Source: Octopus vulgaris
Taxonomy: Eukaryota
Reading direction: 5' to 3'
DNA length: 64,000 bases
NCBI GenBank assembly: GCA_951406725.2
Contig: OX597842.1
Span: 23,188,001 to 23,252,000 of the forward strand
Numbering within the stretch: the first letter of the stretch is position 1; each line of letters starts with the position of its first letter. The notes beneath the pieces were generated by a model. The model worked only from the letters and a program-made list of their open reading frames with translations. It was not told where the DNA came from and did no database searches. This document shows, piece by piece, positions 13,106 to 27,163 of this stretch. A program made the position numbers and the translations under genes.

Positions 13106-15024
13106 GGTTAATATAGGGCGTAACAAATATCAGAAAATCAAAAAAAAAATGTGTGTAATAGGTGTAAAACAACTTCCTATGAACGAATATGAAAAAAAAA
13201 TTCGCGCACGCGAAAGGGGGGTGGGGGAGAGGCCTCGGAAAATTCACATCGGGAAGTTCCGAAAGCGTCTGAGGGGCTGACCCGGGCACCAAAACAAAAA
13301 AAAATAGTGTAATATGTGTAAAACAACTTGCTCTAAACGAATATGACAAAAAAAAATGCGCTCTCGAGAAAGAGGGGTGGGGGAGAGGCCTCGGAATATT
13401 TATATCGGGAATTTCCGAAAGCGTCTGAACCGGGCACAAAAACAAAAACAGCGTAATATGTGTAAAACAACTTGCTCTAAACGACTATCATGAAAAAAAT
13501 GCGCGCTCGCGAAAGGGGGGTGGGGGAGAGGCTTCGGAAATTTCACATCTTCAGTCCACGGCCTTTAAACTAAGAAAAAATAGTGTAATTGGTGTAAAAC
13601 TACTTGTTCTAAACGAGTATCAAGAACACACACTCACACATGAATCATAAACTCCGTATTTCGCAAAAAAAAAAAAAATAAAGAGAAGAAATTCTGGAAA
13701 AAGTGAAGAAATGTTGGATCTCCGCCATGTGAATCAAAATACGTGTCAGAAACATCTTGAAATACTACAGAAATTATGTTACGAAAATGATAAGGTATAC
13801 ATACCTCTTTGAGTGGTCCATCGATAATGATGATAAAGAAATGAGTTGGATTTGAACTCAGAATATTGACTAACACAACTACATACTACAAGACTCAAAA
13901 TATTCAGCCAAGTCACCACCCTTTAACTAGCAATAATAATAACATCAATAACATAACAGCCAAAAGATTTATTTGTTCTGAAAATAACAATCATAGTAAA
14001 TAAATATGTTCTTTAATATTCACATTCATGTGCACAGTTAAACACACTTACATACAAACAGTCACGCATGCATAATACAGAACGGAACACATAAATGAAG
14101 GATGCATTACTTAGTATATATTACATCTAGAGAATTTTGATTAATAAGTCAAATATGCAAATTATAAAGATAATTAATTGCTTTACTAAACAGTGTTGTA
14201 AAGGTGAAAAAATAAATTTGGGAAAAAAATACACGCCAAAACTAATTAATAAAGGATAATTAGGGAAGGATTGACACAAAATAATAATTTTTTCTGTCAC
14301 TTTTTTTCTGATAAATGCATCTTAATAAGTGAGAAGAATTGCATATATCTGAACTATTTCAAAGAAAAGCATAAATTTAATGTTTAAAATAGCTTTAACC
14401 AAGGAATGAGATCCAACATTTCTTCACTTTTTCCAGAATTTCTTCTCTTTTTTTTTTTTTTGCGAAATACGGAGTTTATGATTCATGTGTGAGTGTGTGT
14501 TCTTGATACTCGTTTAGAACAAGTAGTTTTACACCAATTACACTATTTTTTCTTAGTTTAAAGGCCGTGGACTGAAGATGTGAAATTTCCGAAGCCTCTC
14601 CCCCACCCCCCTTTCGCGAGCGCGCATTTTTTTCATGATAGTCGTTTAGAGCAAGTTGTTTTACACCTATTACGCTGTTTTTGTTTTTGTTTTTGTGCCC
14701 GGTTCAGACGCTTTCGGAAATTCCCGATATAAATATTCCGAGGCCTCTCCCCCACCCCTCTTTCGCGAGACCGCATTTTTTTTTGTCGTATTCGTTTAGA
14801 GCAAGTTGTTTTACACATATTACACTATTTTTTTTTGTTTTGGTGCCCGGGTCAGCCCCTCAGACGCTTTCGGAACTTCCCGATGTGAATTTTCCGAGGC
14901 CTCTCCCCCACCCCCTTTCGCGTGCGCGAATTTTTTTTTCATATTCGTTCATAGGAAGTTGTTTTACACCTATTACACACATTTTTTTTTGATTTTCTGA
15001 CATTTGTTACGCCCTATATTAACC
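13106..15024. mobile_element. Foldback-type DNA element with ~617-bp inverted arms
   Basis: Arms 13106-13722 and 14408-15024 are near-perfect reverse complements with ~125-bp internal subrepeats. 7-bp TSD ATAGGTT; empty site at 74-80. Confidence 0.9.
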
Positions 15025-16025
15025 ATAGGTTTTCCTAAACAACAGATCAACATTTCAGTTTGGAAGTTATTAATTAAGACGAGCAAATTATATTTTCTTA
15101 ATTGTTGTCAGGTTCCCGCTTCGAAAAATAATTACTGTAACATCGAGAGGTTCACAGAATTCTGTTATTCACATCATTATTATTATTAGTAGTAGTATTA
15201 TCACCTTTACAGCCTTAAAGGAAATCTTTATCAACTTACCGTATTCACAAATAAGGAACGAGTCAGTGAAGCAGTAATTAAGCACCTTAATTAAGAATTT
15301 AAAAGAAGCGAGGTTGAATTGTTGTAGAGGTTATTTCCCTTTACATGATTTTCTTTCTTCCAATAGATGGCTCCACTGATTTTTCTTTGTCCCTTTCTGT
15401 CAGGAACCTCCCTTCAACTTTTTTCAAATTTTCACCTCAATAGACGTCATTGATTGGTTGAAATTGAAGAAAAAACAGCAAATATCTTAGAAACCATAGA
15501 ATTTTCTCAATAAAGCCAAGAGAAAAATAATTTTTTCAAACACATTCTACCAGTATACGGAGTTTAAATGTGTTTAGTTACATAGAAATTATTTTAAAAA
15601 ACTGCCGTTCAAATCGAAAAGATCCCAAATTTCCTCCAAATTATTTGAATCGAAACATTTTTTATTCCTTTTTATATGATTGTATTTAAATTCTCCAGTA
15701 GAGCCATCTATTGGAGCATAGCAGAAATACAATCGTGTAAAGGGAAATAACAACACAACACCTCAACCTTGCTTCTTTTAAATTCTTAATTAAGGAGCTT
15801 AATTACTGATTCACTGACTCGTTGCTTATTTGTGAATACGGTAAGTTGACAAAGATTTACTTTAAGGCTGTAAAGGTGATACTACTACTACTAATAATAA
15901 TAATGTAAATGATAGAATTCTGTGAACTTCTCGATGTTACAGTAATTATTTTTCGAAGCGGGAACCTGACAATAATTAAGAAAATATATTTACTCGTCTT
16001 AATTAATAACTTCCAAACTGAAATG
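15025..16025. repeat. Inverted pair of the intergenic module around a MITE remnant (15435-15627)
   Basis: 15050-15380 is the reverse complement of 15695-16025. Confidence 0.8.
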
Positions 16026-17149
16026 ATGATTACATACTTTTTTTGTTACCAAAATCTTTTTCGGGGACTGTGGGATATCGTAGAATTTCGGGTAAGCTTT
16101 GATACTTTCACCTGAACGATCTTCTTTAAGGTAAAAAAATAATCGGGTCAAAATAAAGCGTTTGACCCGATTATAAAAACCAAAAAGAAAATAGGTGTAA
16201 AACAACTTGCCTTAAACGAATATGACAAAAAAATGCGCGAAATGGGACTCGGGGGGGAAAGGCCTCGGAAAATTCACATCGTGAGTTTCCGAAAGCGTCT
16301 GACCCGGGCACAAAAACAAAGAAAAAGAGAAGATAGTGTCTAAACCACAACATGAAAAGATCAATGTAGTCCCAAGTACCCTGACTTCGTAATGTACCGC
16401 GAACCCCTTCTTTTTATTAGGAAAATGGGGCGAGAAACCCCTATCCCGGTATCGTTGGAATTATTTTTATTCTCGTTTAATGATTTATGGTGACCACCTT
16501 ATGTGCCACGAAAAACTTTTGGGGGTGTCGAGAAAACGGGGTATGGTGTGGGTGGAACCAACGGAAATTTCACCCTCCAACCATTTTCATATATTTTAAA
16601 GCTTTCAATGCCTCAATGAATCCCGACCCCTGCAGATATTGACATTAAATGGATGACAGTGTTGATGTTGTAAGATTTGCAATGTTGAATTACCATGTCG
16701 TTTAACGATTCTCTTTATCTCACTGCTTCTTTTTCTATTTCAGAATATCACATCATGTTGACGTTAAAGAAATCTCTCCATTCAGATGTGCCTCTGATAT
16801 TTCTATTGACTTTCATCAATTAAAGGAAGACCATATATTCATAAGGCACATTCATTAATGCATCAACGACAAACGATAAGAAAATATTTCTTCTACGATG
16901 GAATTGATAGCAACATTCACTTGTCTTCACTGTTTGGAATGTAGAGAAGGTGATTGCTTGGTTAATTAAGCTTGGATAAATTTACAAAAGTTTTAACTGT
17001 TTACATCTACCGTTTTAGATATTAAGCAAGAACACGCACGAAAGACACATAGTGTTAAATTATTCTCTGAAAATACTGAACACAGATATATTCATAGAAA
17101 TGAAAAAATCATTATCATTGTGATACGTATGAGAAATTAGTATCTTATA

Positions 17150-18370
<1,221 letters not shown>

Positions 18371-18802
18371 CCGTATGAATATCAAAATTTATTACAACAT
18401 ACCAATTAATGAATATTTTGTCTGCTAAAAGACAGGGTTTATTCCTCTTCAAGCTTGACATTATCAACTTCAGTTTCTTGGATGTCAACATGAAATTCAT
18501 GAATCACAACTTCAATATCATTTATATATCTAAATATATCAACACAGAGATGACTTTGATTTCTGAAGAGGATTGTGCTGGAATTTTGAGGAATTTGTTA
18601 TGAGAGAATAAAAGAATGGGAATAAGGAATAAAAGTTTTGACTGACATTGATTTTGTCTTTGTTGTGTTTTCATCATCATCCTCTAACATCCATTTTTAG
18701 CATCTGTTTTCTATGCAGGCTTGGATGGAAAAGTGTGATATGAGCTGGCAAGCCAGAGTGCTGCTCAGATTGGGCTTGGTTTCTTTGGCTCTATGCCCTT
18801 AA

Positions 18803-19024
18803 CCCTTTCAATACCAACCAAGCTGAAACCTGCTCTGGCTCTGTTGTACAAGTGTCTTGTTATCATAAATTTTGAATTAAAATCTTCCACCAAACCTTAG
18901 TCACAATTTATGTTCCTAACACTAGCTTAACGATAATGAAGTTATTTTACTAAATTCTTTGTTATATTTAAAATTAATTGAAAGAAACAGAGAACATCTC
19001 AACAGAAATATGGTAATGAAAGGG
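18803..19024. mobile_element. piggyBac-type MITE (paralogous insertion)
   Basis: Same element and site as 9183-9404; TTAA TSD. Confidence 0.85.
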
Positions 19025-19489
19025 TTAAGATACATGGCGCATCTTATAAATATTCCTGTTCAAGAATCATAACAGTATGAAACAAGTAGTAGCGCTTTCA
19101 GTTATGTATTTAATTTGATATATGTTCTTGTGTGAACATGATATCAGTCTGACAACTAAAATAATAGAAATCTTGTATTTTGAGTATTTTTTTATATGAA
19201 GCAGAAGCATGGACTCCCTTCTACAGAGAAATAACAAAAATTGGAATTTTTTCACATGTAGTGTTTGCTCAATGTATGCAACAAAATGGCAAGATAAGAC
19301 ATTCAATGTAAAATCTTAGTAATATGGACTCATTTGCTTACAGCCAATAAGATCTCACCATACACAAACATACTCTACCAAATAAACTCAAGATGAAGAA
19401 AGGTGTTGTAAGTCGACTGATCACCAAGTTATGCCACATTTTAAAAGGCGACAAGTAATTAGATTTGCATCTATACCTGTTATCAGGGA

Positions 19490-19860
19490 AGTTAAGTTAA
19501 TTTTTTGGCTCGAAAAGCAAGGCCATGTAGGGGGACATGGAGTTATGTACAGGGAGGGTGATCATGCCATTTGTGGTCAACGGAGACTTTGAAACTAGCA
19601 GTCGTTGGCAGCTTATTCCACTGATCCGTAACCCGGACGGAGAAAGCCCCTCTCCTTCAATTGAGATGAAATCATCGCAGATAGAGCTTTTCGGAGTGAT
19701 CCCGCAGCCAACGCTCTGGAGCAGGAGTGCAAAACAGCTCTTTCGAGAGTTTACACTTTCTGCTTATGTTGTGAGCAAGAATGAGATCACCACGGCGTCG
19801 TCGTTTTTCTAGAGAATAAAGGTCGAGCGTCTTCATCCTTTCTTCATAAGACATGCTTGA
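19490..19860 (-). mobile_element. CR1-clade LINE 3' end (second family)
   Basis: MSYEERMKTLDLYSLEKRRRRGDLILAHNI, then FSVRVTDQWNKLP and a (TTAAC)n tail. Confidence 0.8.
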
Positions 19861-20161
19861 GACCAAGAACCATGCGGGTAGCCAGCTTCTGGACTCTTTC
19901 GAGATGATGGTGGGTAGAGGGTGATGTGCTAGCAACCCTCTGTTTTACAAAATAAACAACAACACAAATAACTACGCAGAGGCAGCCATGGTTGGAACAA
20001 GAACAGGCATTATTAAAAGAGAAATAGAAGCATGGTCATTCCTTACTCAAGTGATTGTATCTTATCGCTCATCACTTGTTATGTGCTTAGGAGAATATTA
20101 GATTTATAAAACCTAAAATTCACTCATATAAATCTAATATTCTTCTATCCTTCCTTAATAC

Positions 20162-20392
20162 CTATTTCTTTCCTACCCACAGGGGGCTAAACACAGAGAG
20201 GACAAACAAGGACAGACAAACGGATTAAGTCGATTATATCGACCCCAGTGCATAACTGGTACTTTATTTATCGACCCCAAAAGGATGAAAGGCAAAGTCG
20301 ACCTTGGCGGAATTTGAACTCAGAGCGTAACGGCAGACGAAATACTGCCAAGCATTTCGCCTGGCATGCTAACGTCTCTGCCAGCTCACCAC
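20162..20392 (-). mobile_element. tRNA-derived SINE (family 1)
   Basis: Reverse complement of 12508-12738. Confidence 0.85.
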
Positions 20393-20397
20393 CTTGA

Positions 20398-20812
20398 TCC
20401 TTCCTTAATACCAGTTCCCATATGCTGCTTATATCTGCACTCGGTCTGCTTAGGAGGTTGTTGTGTCCTAGAATATGTGCTGCTTCTTTTAGTTTTCGTA
20501 TTTTCCAGTGGTGTTCTCTGTCTACTATTTTAACTTCATCCCACAGTGAGAGGTGGTCTCTATTTTTCCATACATAATCAGCTATACCCAATTTATCAAT
20601 ATCTCCCTGTGTCACAGCTTTGCGATGTTCCTCTACCCTTATTTTGAGGGGACGGCATTTTTGGCTTTTGTATACCCTACCACAGCTGCATGGGATGGAA
20701 TACATGCAGTTTTTGGCCATATTCTCTTCTGTTGGTAGTTTTACTTGAAGGAGATATTTGCGAAGTGTTCTGTTACTCTTGAATACTGTCCTGATGTCAT
20801 GGAATAGCTGTA
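20398..20812 (-). mobile_element. Penelope-like element GIY-YIG endonuclease fragment
   Basis: CMYSIPCSCGRVYKSQKCRPLKIRVEEHRK...GIADYVW...WDEVKIVDRE...RKLKEAAHI, the PLE Uri-domain pattern. ORF 20268-20864 is a chimera with the flanking SINEs. Confidence 0.85.
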
Positions 20813-20816
20813 AACA

Positions 20817-21170
20817 TACTCTTTTACTTGTTTCAGTCATTTGACTGCGGCCATGCTGGAGCACCGCATTTAGTCAAGCAAACAGACCCCAGGACTTATT
20901 CTTTTTAAGCCTAGTACTTATTCTATCGGTCTCTTTTGTCGAACCGCCAAGTTACGGGGACGTAAACACACCAGCATCGGTTGTCAAGCGATGTTGGGGG
21001 GACAAACACACACACACACACACATATATATACCAAATCCACTCACAAGGCTTTGGCCGGCCCGAGGCTATAGTAGAAGACACATGCCCAAGGTGCCATG
21101 CAGTGGGACTGAACCTAGAACCATGTGGTTGGTAAGCAAGCTACTTACCACACAGCCACTCCTGCGCCTA
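20817..21170 (-). mobile_element. CORE-type SINE (family 2)
   Basis: Matches the family head and tail. Confidence 0.85.
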
Positions 21171-21540
21171 TATATATATATATATCGAATGAAATCCACA
21201 ACGGAAAGAGCTACTATTCATTTCATACTACAACAATACTTGAACAGGCATATTTATAAAATGCGCCATGTATGTTAAGGGCATACAGCAAAAGAATCCA
21301 AGCCAAGTCTGACTGGAACACAGAGCAGCACTTATGTCACACTGTCCTACCCTTACTTGCGAAGAAAGTGGATGATGATGATGAAGAAAACACAACAAAG
21401 ACAAAATCAGTGTCACTTAAAACTTTTATTCCTTATTCCCATTCCTTTATTCTCTCATAACAAATTCCTCAAAAATTCCATACAATCATCTTCAGAAATC
21501 AAAGTCATTGCTGTGTTGATATATACATTATATTGAAGAA

Positions 21541-21987
21541 GGCAGCGAGCTGGCAGAAACGTTAGCACACCGGGCGAAATGTGTGGCCGTATTTCCTCTG
21601 TCGTTACGTTCTGAGTTCAAATTCTGCCGAGGTCGACTTTGCCTTTCATCAGTTCAGGGTTGATAAATTAAGTACCTATTTCTTTGCTACCCAAACGGAG
21701 CTAAACACCGAGAGGACAAACGGATTAAGTCGATTATATCGACCCCAATGCAAAACTGGTCCATAATTCATCAACCCCGAAAGGATGAAAGGCAAAGTCG
21801 ACCTCGGCGGAATTTGAACTCAGAACGTAACGGCAGACAAAATACGGCCATACATTTTGCCCGGCATGCTAACGTTTCTGCCAACTTGCCACATTATATT
21901 AAGTACCAGTTACGCGCTGGGATTGATGTAATCGACTTAATCCGTTTGTCCCCTCTATGTTTAGCCCCTTGTGGGTAGTAAAGAAAC
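21541..21987. mobile_element. Nested family-1 SINEs (minus copy 21676-21890 inside a plus copy)
   Basis: Plus-strand head to AAGTACC, then an inverted copy, then the plus-strand tail resumes at about 21900. Lies in the 3' flank of locus D. Confidence 0.8.
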
Positions 21988-22146
21988 ACATATAATATAT
22001 TGAAGTCGTTATTCATAAATTTCATATTGACAGTGATGGAATTGAAGTTGATAACATCAAGCTTAACGAGGAAAGAACCCTGTCTTTTAGCAAATAAAAT
22101 ATTCATAATTGTTGTCCCGTTCTAATTGATTTCCATTTTCATAATG

Positions 22147-23442
22147 TTACACTTGTGTATGAATACTCACATGTGTATTTAAGTGTCCATTTTGAGAGAA
22201 ACATTTACCACAGATATCACACTGATATGGTTTCTCTCCTGTATGAATACGTTTGTGACAAGTTAAGTCACTACTGTGAGAGAATGATTTACCACAGATA
22301 TCACAATGATATGGTTTCTCTCCTGTATGAATACGTTTGTGATAAGTAAAAGTGCTACTGTTAGAAAATGATTTACCACAGATGTCACAGTGATATGGTT
22401 TTTCCCCAGTATGAATACGTCTGTGATTAGTCAAGTTACTATTCTGAGAGAATGATTTACCACAGATATCACACTGATATCCTTTCTCTCCTGTATGTGT
22501 AAGTTTGTGTGTAGCCAACCCACCACTTTGAGAGAATGATTTGCCACAGATATTACAATGATATACTTTCTCTCCTGTATGTGTAAGTTTGTGTTTAGTC
22601 AAGTAACCACTTTGAGAGAAACATTTACCACAAATATCACAATGATATGGCTTCTCTCCTGTATGAACACGTTTGTGTTTAGTCAAGTCACTCTTTCCAG
22701 AGAAGGATTTACCACAAATATCACAATGATATGGCTTCTCACCTGTATGAACACGTTTGTGAATAATCAACTGACTATTATAAGAGTATGATTCACCACA
22801 GATGTCACAATGATATGGCTTCTCTCCTGTATGAATGTGTTTGTGACGAGTTAAATCGCCTTTGTGAGAGAATGATTTATCACAAATATCACAATGATAT
22901 GGTTTTTCCCCAGTATGAATACGTTTGTGACTAGTCAACTTACTAGCCGACAAAGATATGCCACAGATATCACAATGATATGGCTTTCCTCCTGTATGAA
23001 TACGTTTGTGACAAGTAAAAGTGGTACTGTTAGAAAATGATTTACCACAGATGTCACAGTGATATGGTTTTTCCCCAGTATGAGTATATTTGTGACTAGT
23101 TAAAGAGCTATTATCAGAGAATGATTTACCACAGATATCACACCGATATGGTTTTTCCCCACTATGAGTAAGTTTGTGTCTAGTCAAATTATTATTTTCA
23201 GCGAATGATTTACCACAGATGTTACAATGATATGGCTTCTCACCTATATGAATACGTTTGTGGTGAGTTATACCATAGACGTCACACAGATATGGTTTTT
23301 CCCTAGTATGGATACGTTTATGACTAGTCAAATCATTTTCAGAAAATGATTTACCATGGATATAAGAGTGATATGGCCTCTCTCCTGCATCAGGGTTGTT
23401 TGTTTCAGTTAAATGATTCATTATGAGAGGATAGTTTGTCAT
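22147..23442 (-). CDS. C2H2 zinc-finger protein (locus D), 13 fingers + 2 degenerate
   Basis: Open frame. The track start 23451 is GTG; first ATG is 23442 and the family-conserved ATG is 23421. Ends HTQV*. Acceptor at 23853-23854. Confidence 0.9.
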   Translation of the reverse strand: MTNYPLIMNHLTETNNPDAGERPYHSYIHGKSFSENDLTSHKRIHTREKPYLCDVYGITHHKRIHIGEKPYHCNICGKSFAENNNLTRHKLTHSGEKPYRCDICGKSFSDNSSLTSHKYTHTGEKPYHCDICGKSFSNSTTFTCHKRIHTGGKPYHCDICGISLSASKLTSHKRIHTGEKPYHCDICDKSFSHKGDLTRHKHIHTGEKPYHCDICGESYSYNSQLIIHKRVHTGEKPYHCDICGKSFSGKSDLTKHKRVHTGEKPYHCDICGKCFSQSGYLTKHKLTHTGEKVYHCNICGKSFSQSGGLATHKLTHTGEKGYQCDICGKSFSQNSNLTNHRRIHTGEKPYHCDICGKSFSNSSTFTYHKRIHTGEKPYHCDICGKSFSHSSDLTCHKRIHTGEKPYQCDICGKCFSQNGHLNTHVSIHTQV

Positions 23443-24477
23443 AAATATCACAATGATAGTGTCTATTTCATTTCTATGAGAATGTTTGTGTTCAGTTGTG
23501 TCACAATTATCAAAGAATAATCTAATGCTGTGTTTCTTTCATCAGTGATTTTACTTAAAATCTAAAACAGAAAATGTAAACTGTTAACTCTTTCATAAAG
23601 TTATCCGACCATAACCTTTAAAGGAATCATCTCCTCTACATTCCAGATAACGAAGACCAGTAAATGTTGCTGTTAATTACATTGTCCAGAAGAAATTTTT
23701 TCCCATCATTTGTTGAAGATTTCATTTATACAAAGAACTTGATGTATTGATGAATGTGCCTTATGAATATATGGTCTTCCTTTAATTGATGAAAGTCAAT
23801 CAAAATATCAAAGGTACATCTGAATGAAGAAACGTCAACATGAAGTGATATTCTGAAATAGAAAAAGAAGCAGTGAGATAAAGAGAATCGTTAAACGACA
23901 TAGTAATTCAACATTGCAAATCTTACAACATCAACACTGTCATCCATTTAATATCTACGTTTGCATGGGTCAGAATCCATTGAGGCATTGAAACTTTTAC
24001 AACATTCTGTATATAGATGAATCGCTTCCACATTTCTCTAATTATTTATCTGTTTTCTTTCTCTTCTCTCCTTTCACTTGTTTCACCTGTGAAGTGGCAT
24101 GGCTTAGTGGTTAGGGTATTTCACTCACAATTATAAAGTTGTGAGTTTGATACACAGTGGTGCAATGAGTCTCCAAGCCATTTTATTTCACTTTGCATCA
24201 GTTCACTCAGGTGTCAAAAATGAGTTTCACCTGTAATTCAAAGGGCCAGTCTTCTCACCATCTGTGTCATGCTGTGCCTCCCTGAAGACTATATCAAGGG
24301 TCCCCATGTCTGTGGAATACTCAGCCATTTGCATGTTAATTCCATGAGCAGGCTTTTCAGTTGATCGAAAAAACTAAAACAAAGTGTCAGTTACTGTTTC
24401 ACCAAGTAGACCGTGGCCATGCTGGAGTACTTCTTTGAATGGATCGGTCAAATGTATCAACTCCAGTATTTTTTTTC

Positions 24478-24830
24478 TTTTACTTGTTTCAGTCATTTGA
24501 CTGCGGCCATGCTGGAGCACCGCCTTTAATCGAGCAACTCGACCCCGGGACTTATTCTATTGGCCTCTTTTGCTGAACCGCTAAGTAACGGGGACATAAA
24601 CACACCAGCATCGGTTGTCAAGCAATGCTAGGGGGACAAACACAAACACACATACATATATATATATATATACGACAGGCTTCTTTCAGTTTCCTTCTAC
24701 CAAATCCACTCACAAGGCATTGGTCGGCCCGAGGCTATAGCAGAAGACACTTGCCCAAAGTGCCACGCAGTGGGACTGAACCCGGAACCATGTGGTTGGT
24801 AAACAAGCTACTTACCACACAGCTACTCCT
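24478..24830 (-). mobile_element. CORE-type SINE (family 2)
   Basis: Full family match. Partial copy at 25178-25347. Confidence 0.85.
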
Positions 24831-25654
24831 ATTCCACCAGTCACATTTGCCCAATCACTTAGTCACAAGGATATAAGCAAACTAACGCTCATAGTCAAAT
24901 GCTTTATGGCTGCAAAGGGGGTCAAACACAGAGACAGATACACACATACACATAATTCCGTAAATGATACACTTTCCATGTAGCAAATCCCCTCACAATG
25001 CTTTAGTTGGCCCAGGGTTATATTAGAAGACATTTGGTCCAGATACCACATAATAGGGATGAACACAAGACCACTTGCTTCAAAAGCAGAAGAGGACCAT
25101 CATCATTGTCATCGTTTTAACATCTACTTTTCCATGCTTTAATGGAATAATAGATGGAATATATTGAGGCAGATATTGGGACATAAACACACCAGCATCG
25201 GTTGTCAAGCAATGCTAAGGAGACAAACACAGACACACACACATACATCTATGTATATATACGACGGGCTTCTTTCAGTTTCCATCTACCAAATCCACTC
25301 ACAAGCTTTGGTCGACCCGAAGCTATAGTAGAAGACACTTGCCCAAGTATATATGTGCTGATGCCATGTAAAAAGCACCCACTCAACTCTGTAAAGCGGT
25401 TGGCATTAGGAAGGGTTCCCAGCTGTAGAAACCCTGCCAAAGCAGACAGTCATGCTTGATAAAGTCCTCTGTCTTACCAGCTTCTTTCAACCGATCAAAC
25501 ACACGCTAGCATGGAAGATAACATTAAATGATGATGATGATATATGCAAAACAGTTAACAAGAACCCCTGCTGAGATGGAGTGATGGTCACAAATTGGAT
25601 TTGGTACTTGCATATCTATGGTATCCTAAAAGCACTTGAATTCTACAAAAGTTG

Positions 25655-26366
25655 GGATCTTTTCGGTTTGAATGGCAGTTTTTTAAAATAATTTCCACGT
25701 AACTAAACACTTTTAAACTTCGTATACTGGTAGAATGTGTTTATAAAACATCTTTTTGTCTTGGCTTTATTGAGAAAGCAATAATAATTCTCTAAAAGGG
25801 ATATAGACAGTAACTGCTCGATAACATAAGGGACGAAAGCCATCTGAATATGGCTAGGGACAGGGCAGGGTGGTGGGGGTGTTACTGTTGCATTTAGCCC
25901 CAGGCGAACATCGACGTCACCAGAAAGGCTCGACACCGTCACGGTGAGGTTTAGGGCACCGTGACGGTGTCGAGCCTTTCTGGTGACGTCGATGTTCGCC
26001 TGGGGCTAAATGCAACAGTAACACCCCCACCACCCTGCCCTGTCCCTAGCCATATTCAGATGGCTTTAGTCCCTTTATTGAGAAAATTCTATGGTTTCTA
26101 AGATATTTGTTGTTGTTTTCTTCAATTTCTGCAATTTCAACCAATCACTGACGTCTATTGAGGGGAAAACATTCTGTGGCGTATGAATATGTTCCTCGTT
26201 TAAGAAACAGATTGGGTTTATTTACATTTGTGAAGAAAAAAAGATACCCTTTCCCCCACCCCTAAAACAGATTGAAATGCAATAGATCGATACTAGGGTC
26301 ATAATTATGGGTGACAATTTCATATGACACCGCTAGAAAAAACTGCCGTTCAAACCAAAAAGATGC
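25655..26366. mobile_element. Merlin-like MITE (GGATCTTTTCGG family) carrying a hairpin insert
   Basis: Same TIR and body as 28339-28749; interrupted at 25778-26073. Confidence 0.8.
25828..26075. repeat. Near-perfect 119-bp-arm palindrome
   Basis: Arms 25828-25946 and 25957-26075 with one mismatch seen and a 10-nt loop. Insert flanked by a TTTATTGAGAAA duplication. Confidence 0.9.
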
Positions 26367-26680
26367 CAATTTTTCGGGTGTCGTTACACAGGGATGTGTC
26401 TTGATTCTCAAGTCTATATTCCTGTTTCTGAGGATTGTCTTACGGAAAATTCCCAGGATCAACCGTAGAGGATCCACGCCCAGGTGGCAAAAATGAAAAA
26501 AAATACGTGTAAGAGGAATATGACGAAAAAAAAGCGCGCTGACAAACGGGGGGGGAGGGCTCGGAAAATTGCCTACGATAACTGACAACGTTAAAGAATT
26601 TGAAATAGAAGCGTGGTAGATTTGTTGAAAATAATCAGCAAATCTACCACGCATGTGGTAAGTACAGATTATATTTTCCC

Positions 26681-27124
26681 AATATTATTGATTGTCACAG
26701 AATAATTATCAATCGCAACTTCAAAAATTCAAATTCCATTACTTCAGTTTTCAAATATTATTGATTGTCACAGAATAATTATCAATCGCAACTTCAAAAA
26801 TTCAAATTCCATTACTTCAGTTTTCAAATATTATTGATTGTCACAGAATAATTATCAACTTCGTTTTCAACTTCAAAAATTCAAATTCCATTACTTCAGT
26901 TTTCAAATATTATTGATTGTCACAGAATAATTATCAATCGCAACTTCAAAAATTCAAATTCCATTACTTCAGTTTTCAAATATTATTGATTGTCACAGAA
27001 TAATTATCAATCGCAACTTCAAAAATTCAAATTCCATTACTTCAGTTTTCAAATATTATTGATTGTCACAGAATAATTATCAATCGCAACTTCAAAAATT
27101 CAAATTCCATTACTTCAGTTTTCA
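26681..27124. repeat. 73-bp minisatellite, 6 copies
   Basis: Unit starts at 26681, 26754, 26827, 26906, 26979 and 27052 (one 79-bp variant). Confidence 0.95.
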
Positions 27125-27163
27125 CTTTTTGTTTGTAAAATTAAAAAAAAATATATATATAGA

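Noticed and set aside
25828-25860. GGGAC-GAAA-GCCAT-loop-ATGGC-TA resembles a hammerhead stem III half
   Set aside because: No CUGANGA box with a matching stem II or stem I was found on either side.
26681-27124. Regular repeat array resembling CRISPR
   Set aside because: Units are contiguous and near-identical with no unique spacers; eukaryotic context and no cas genes.
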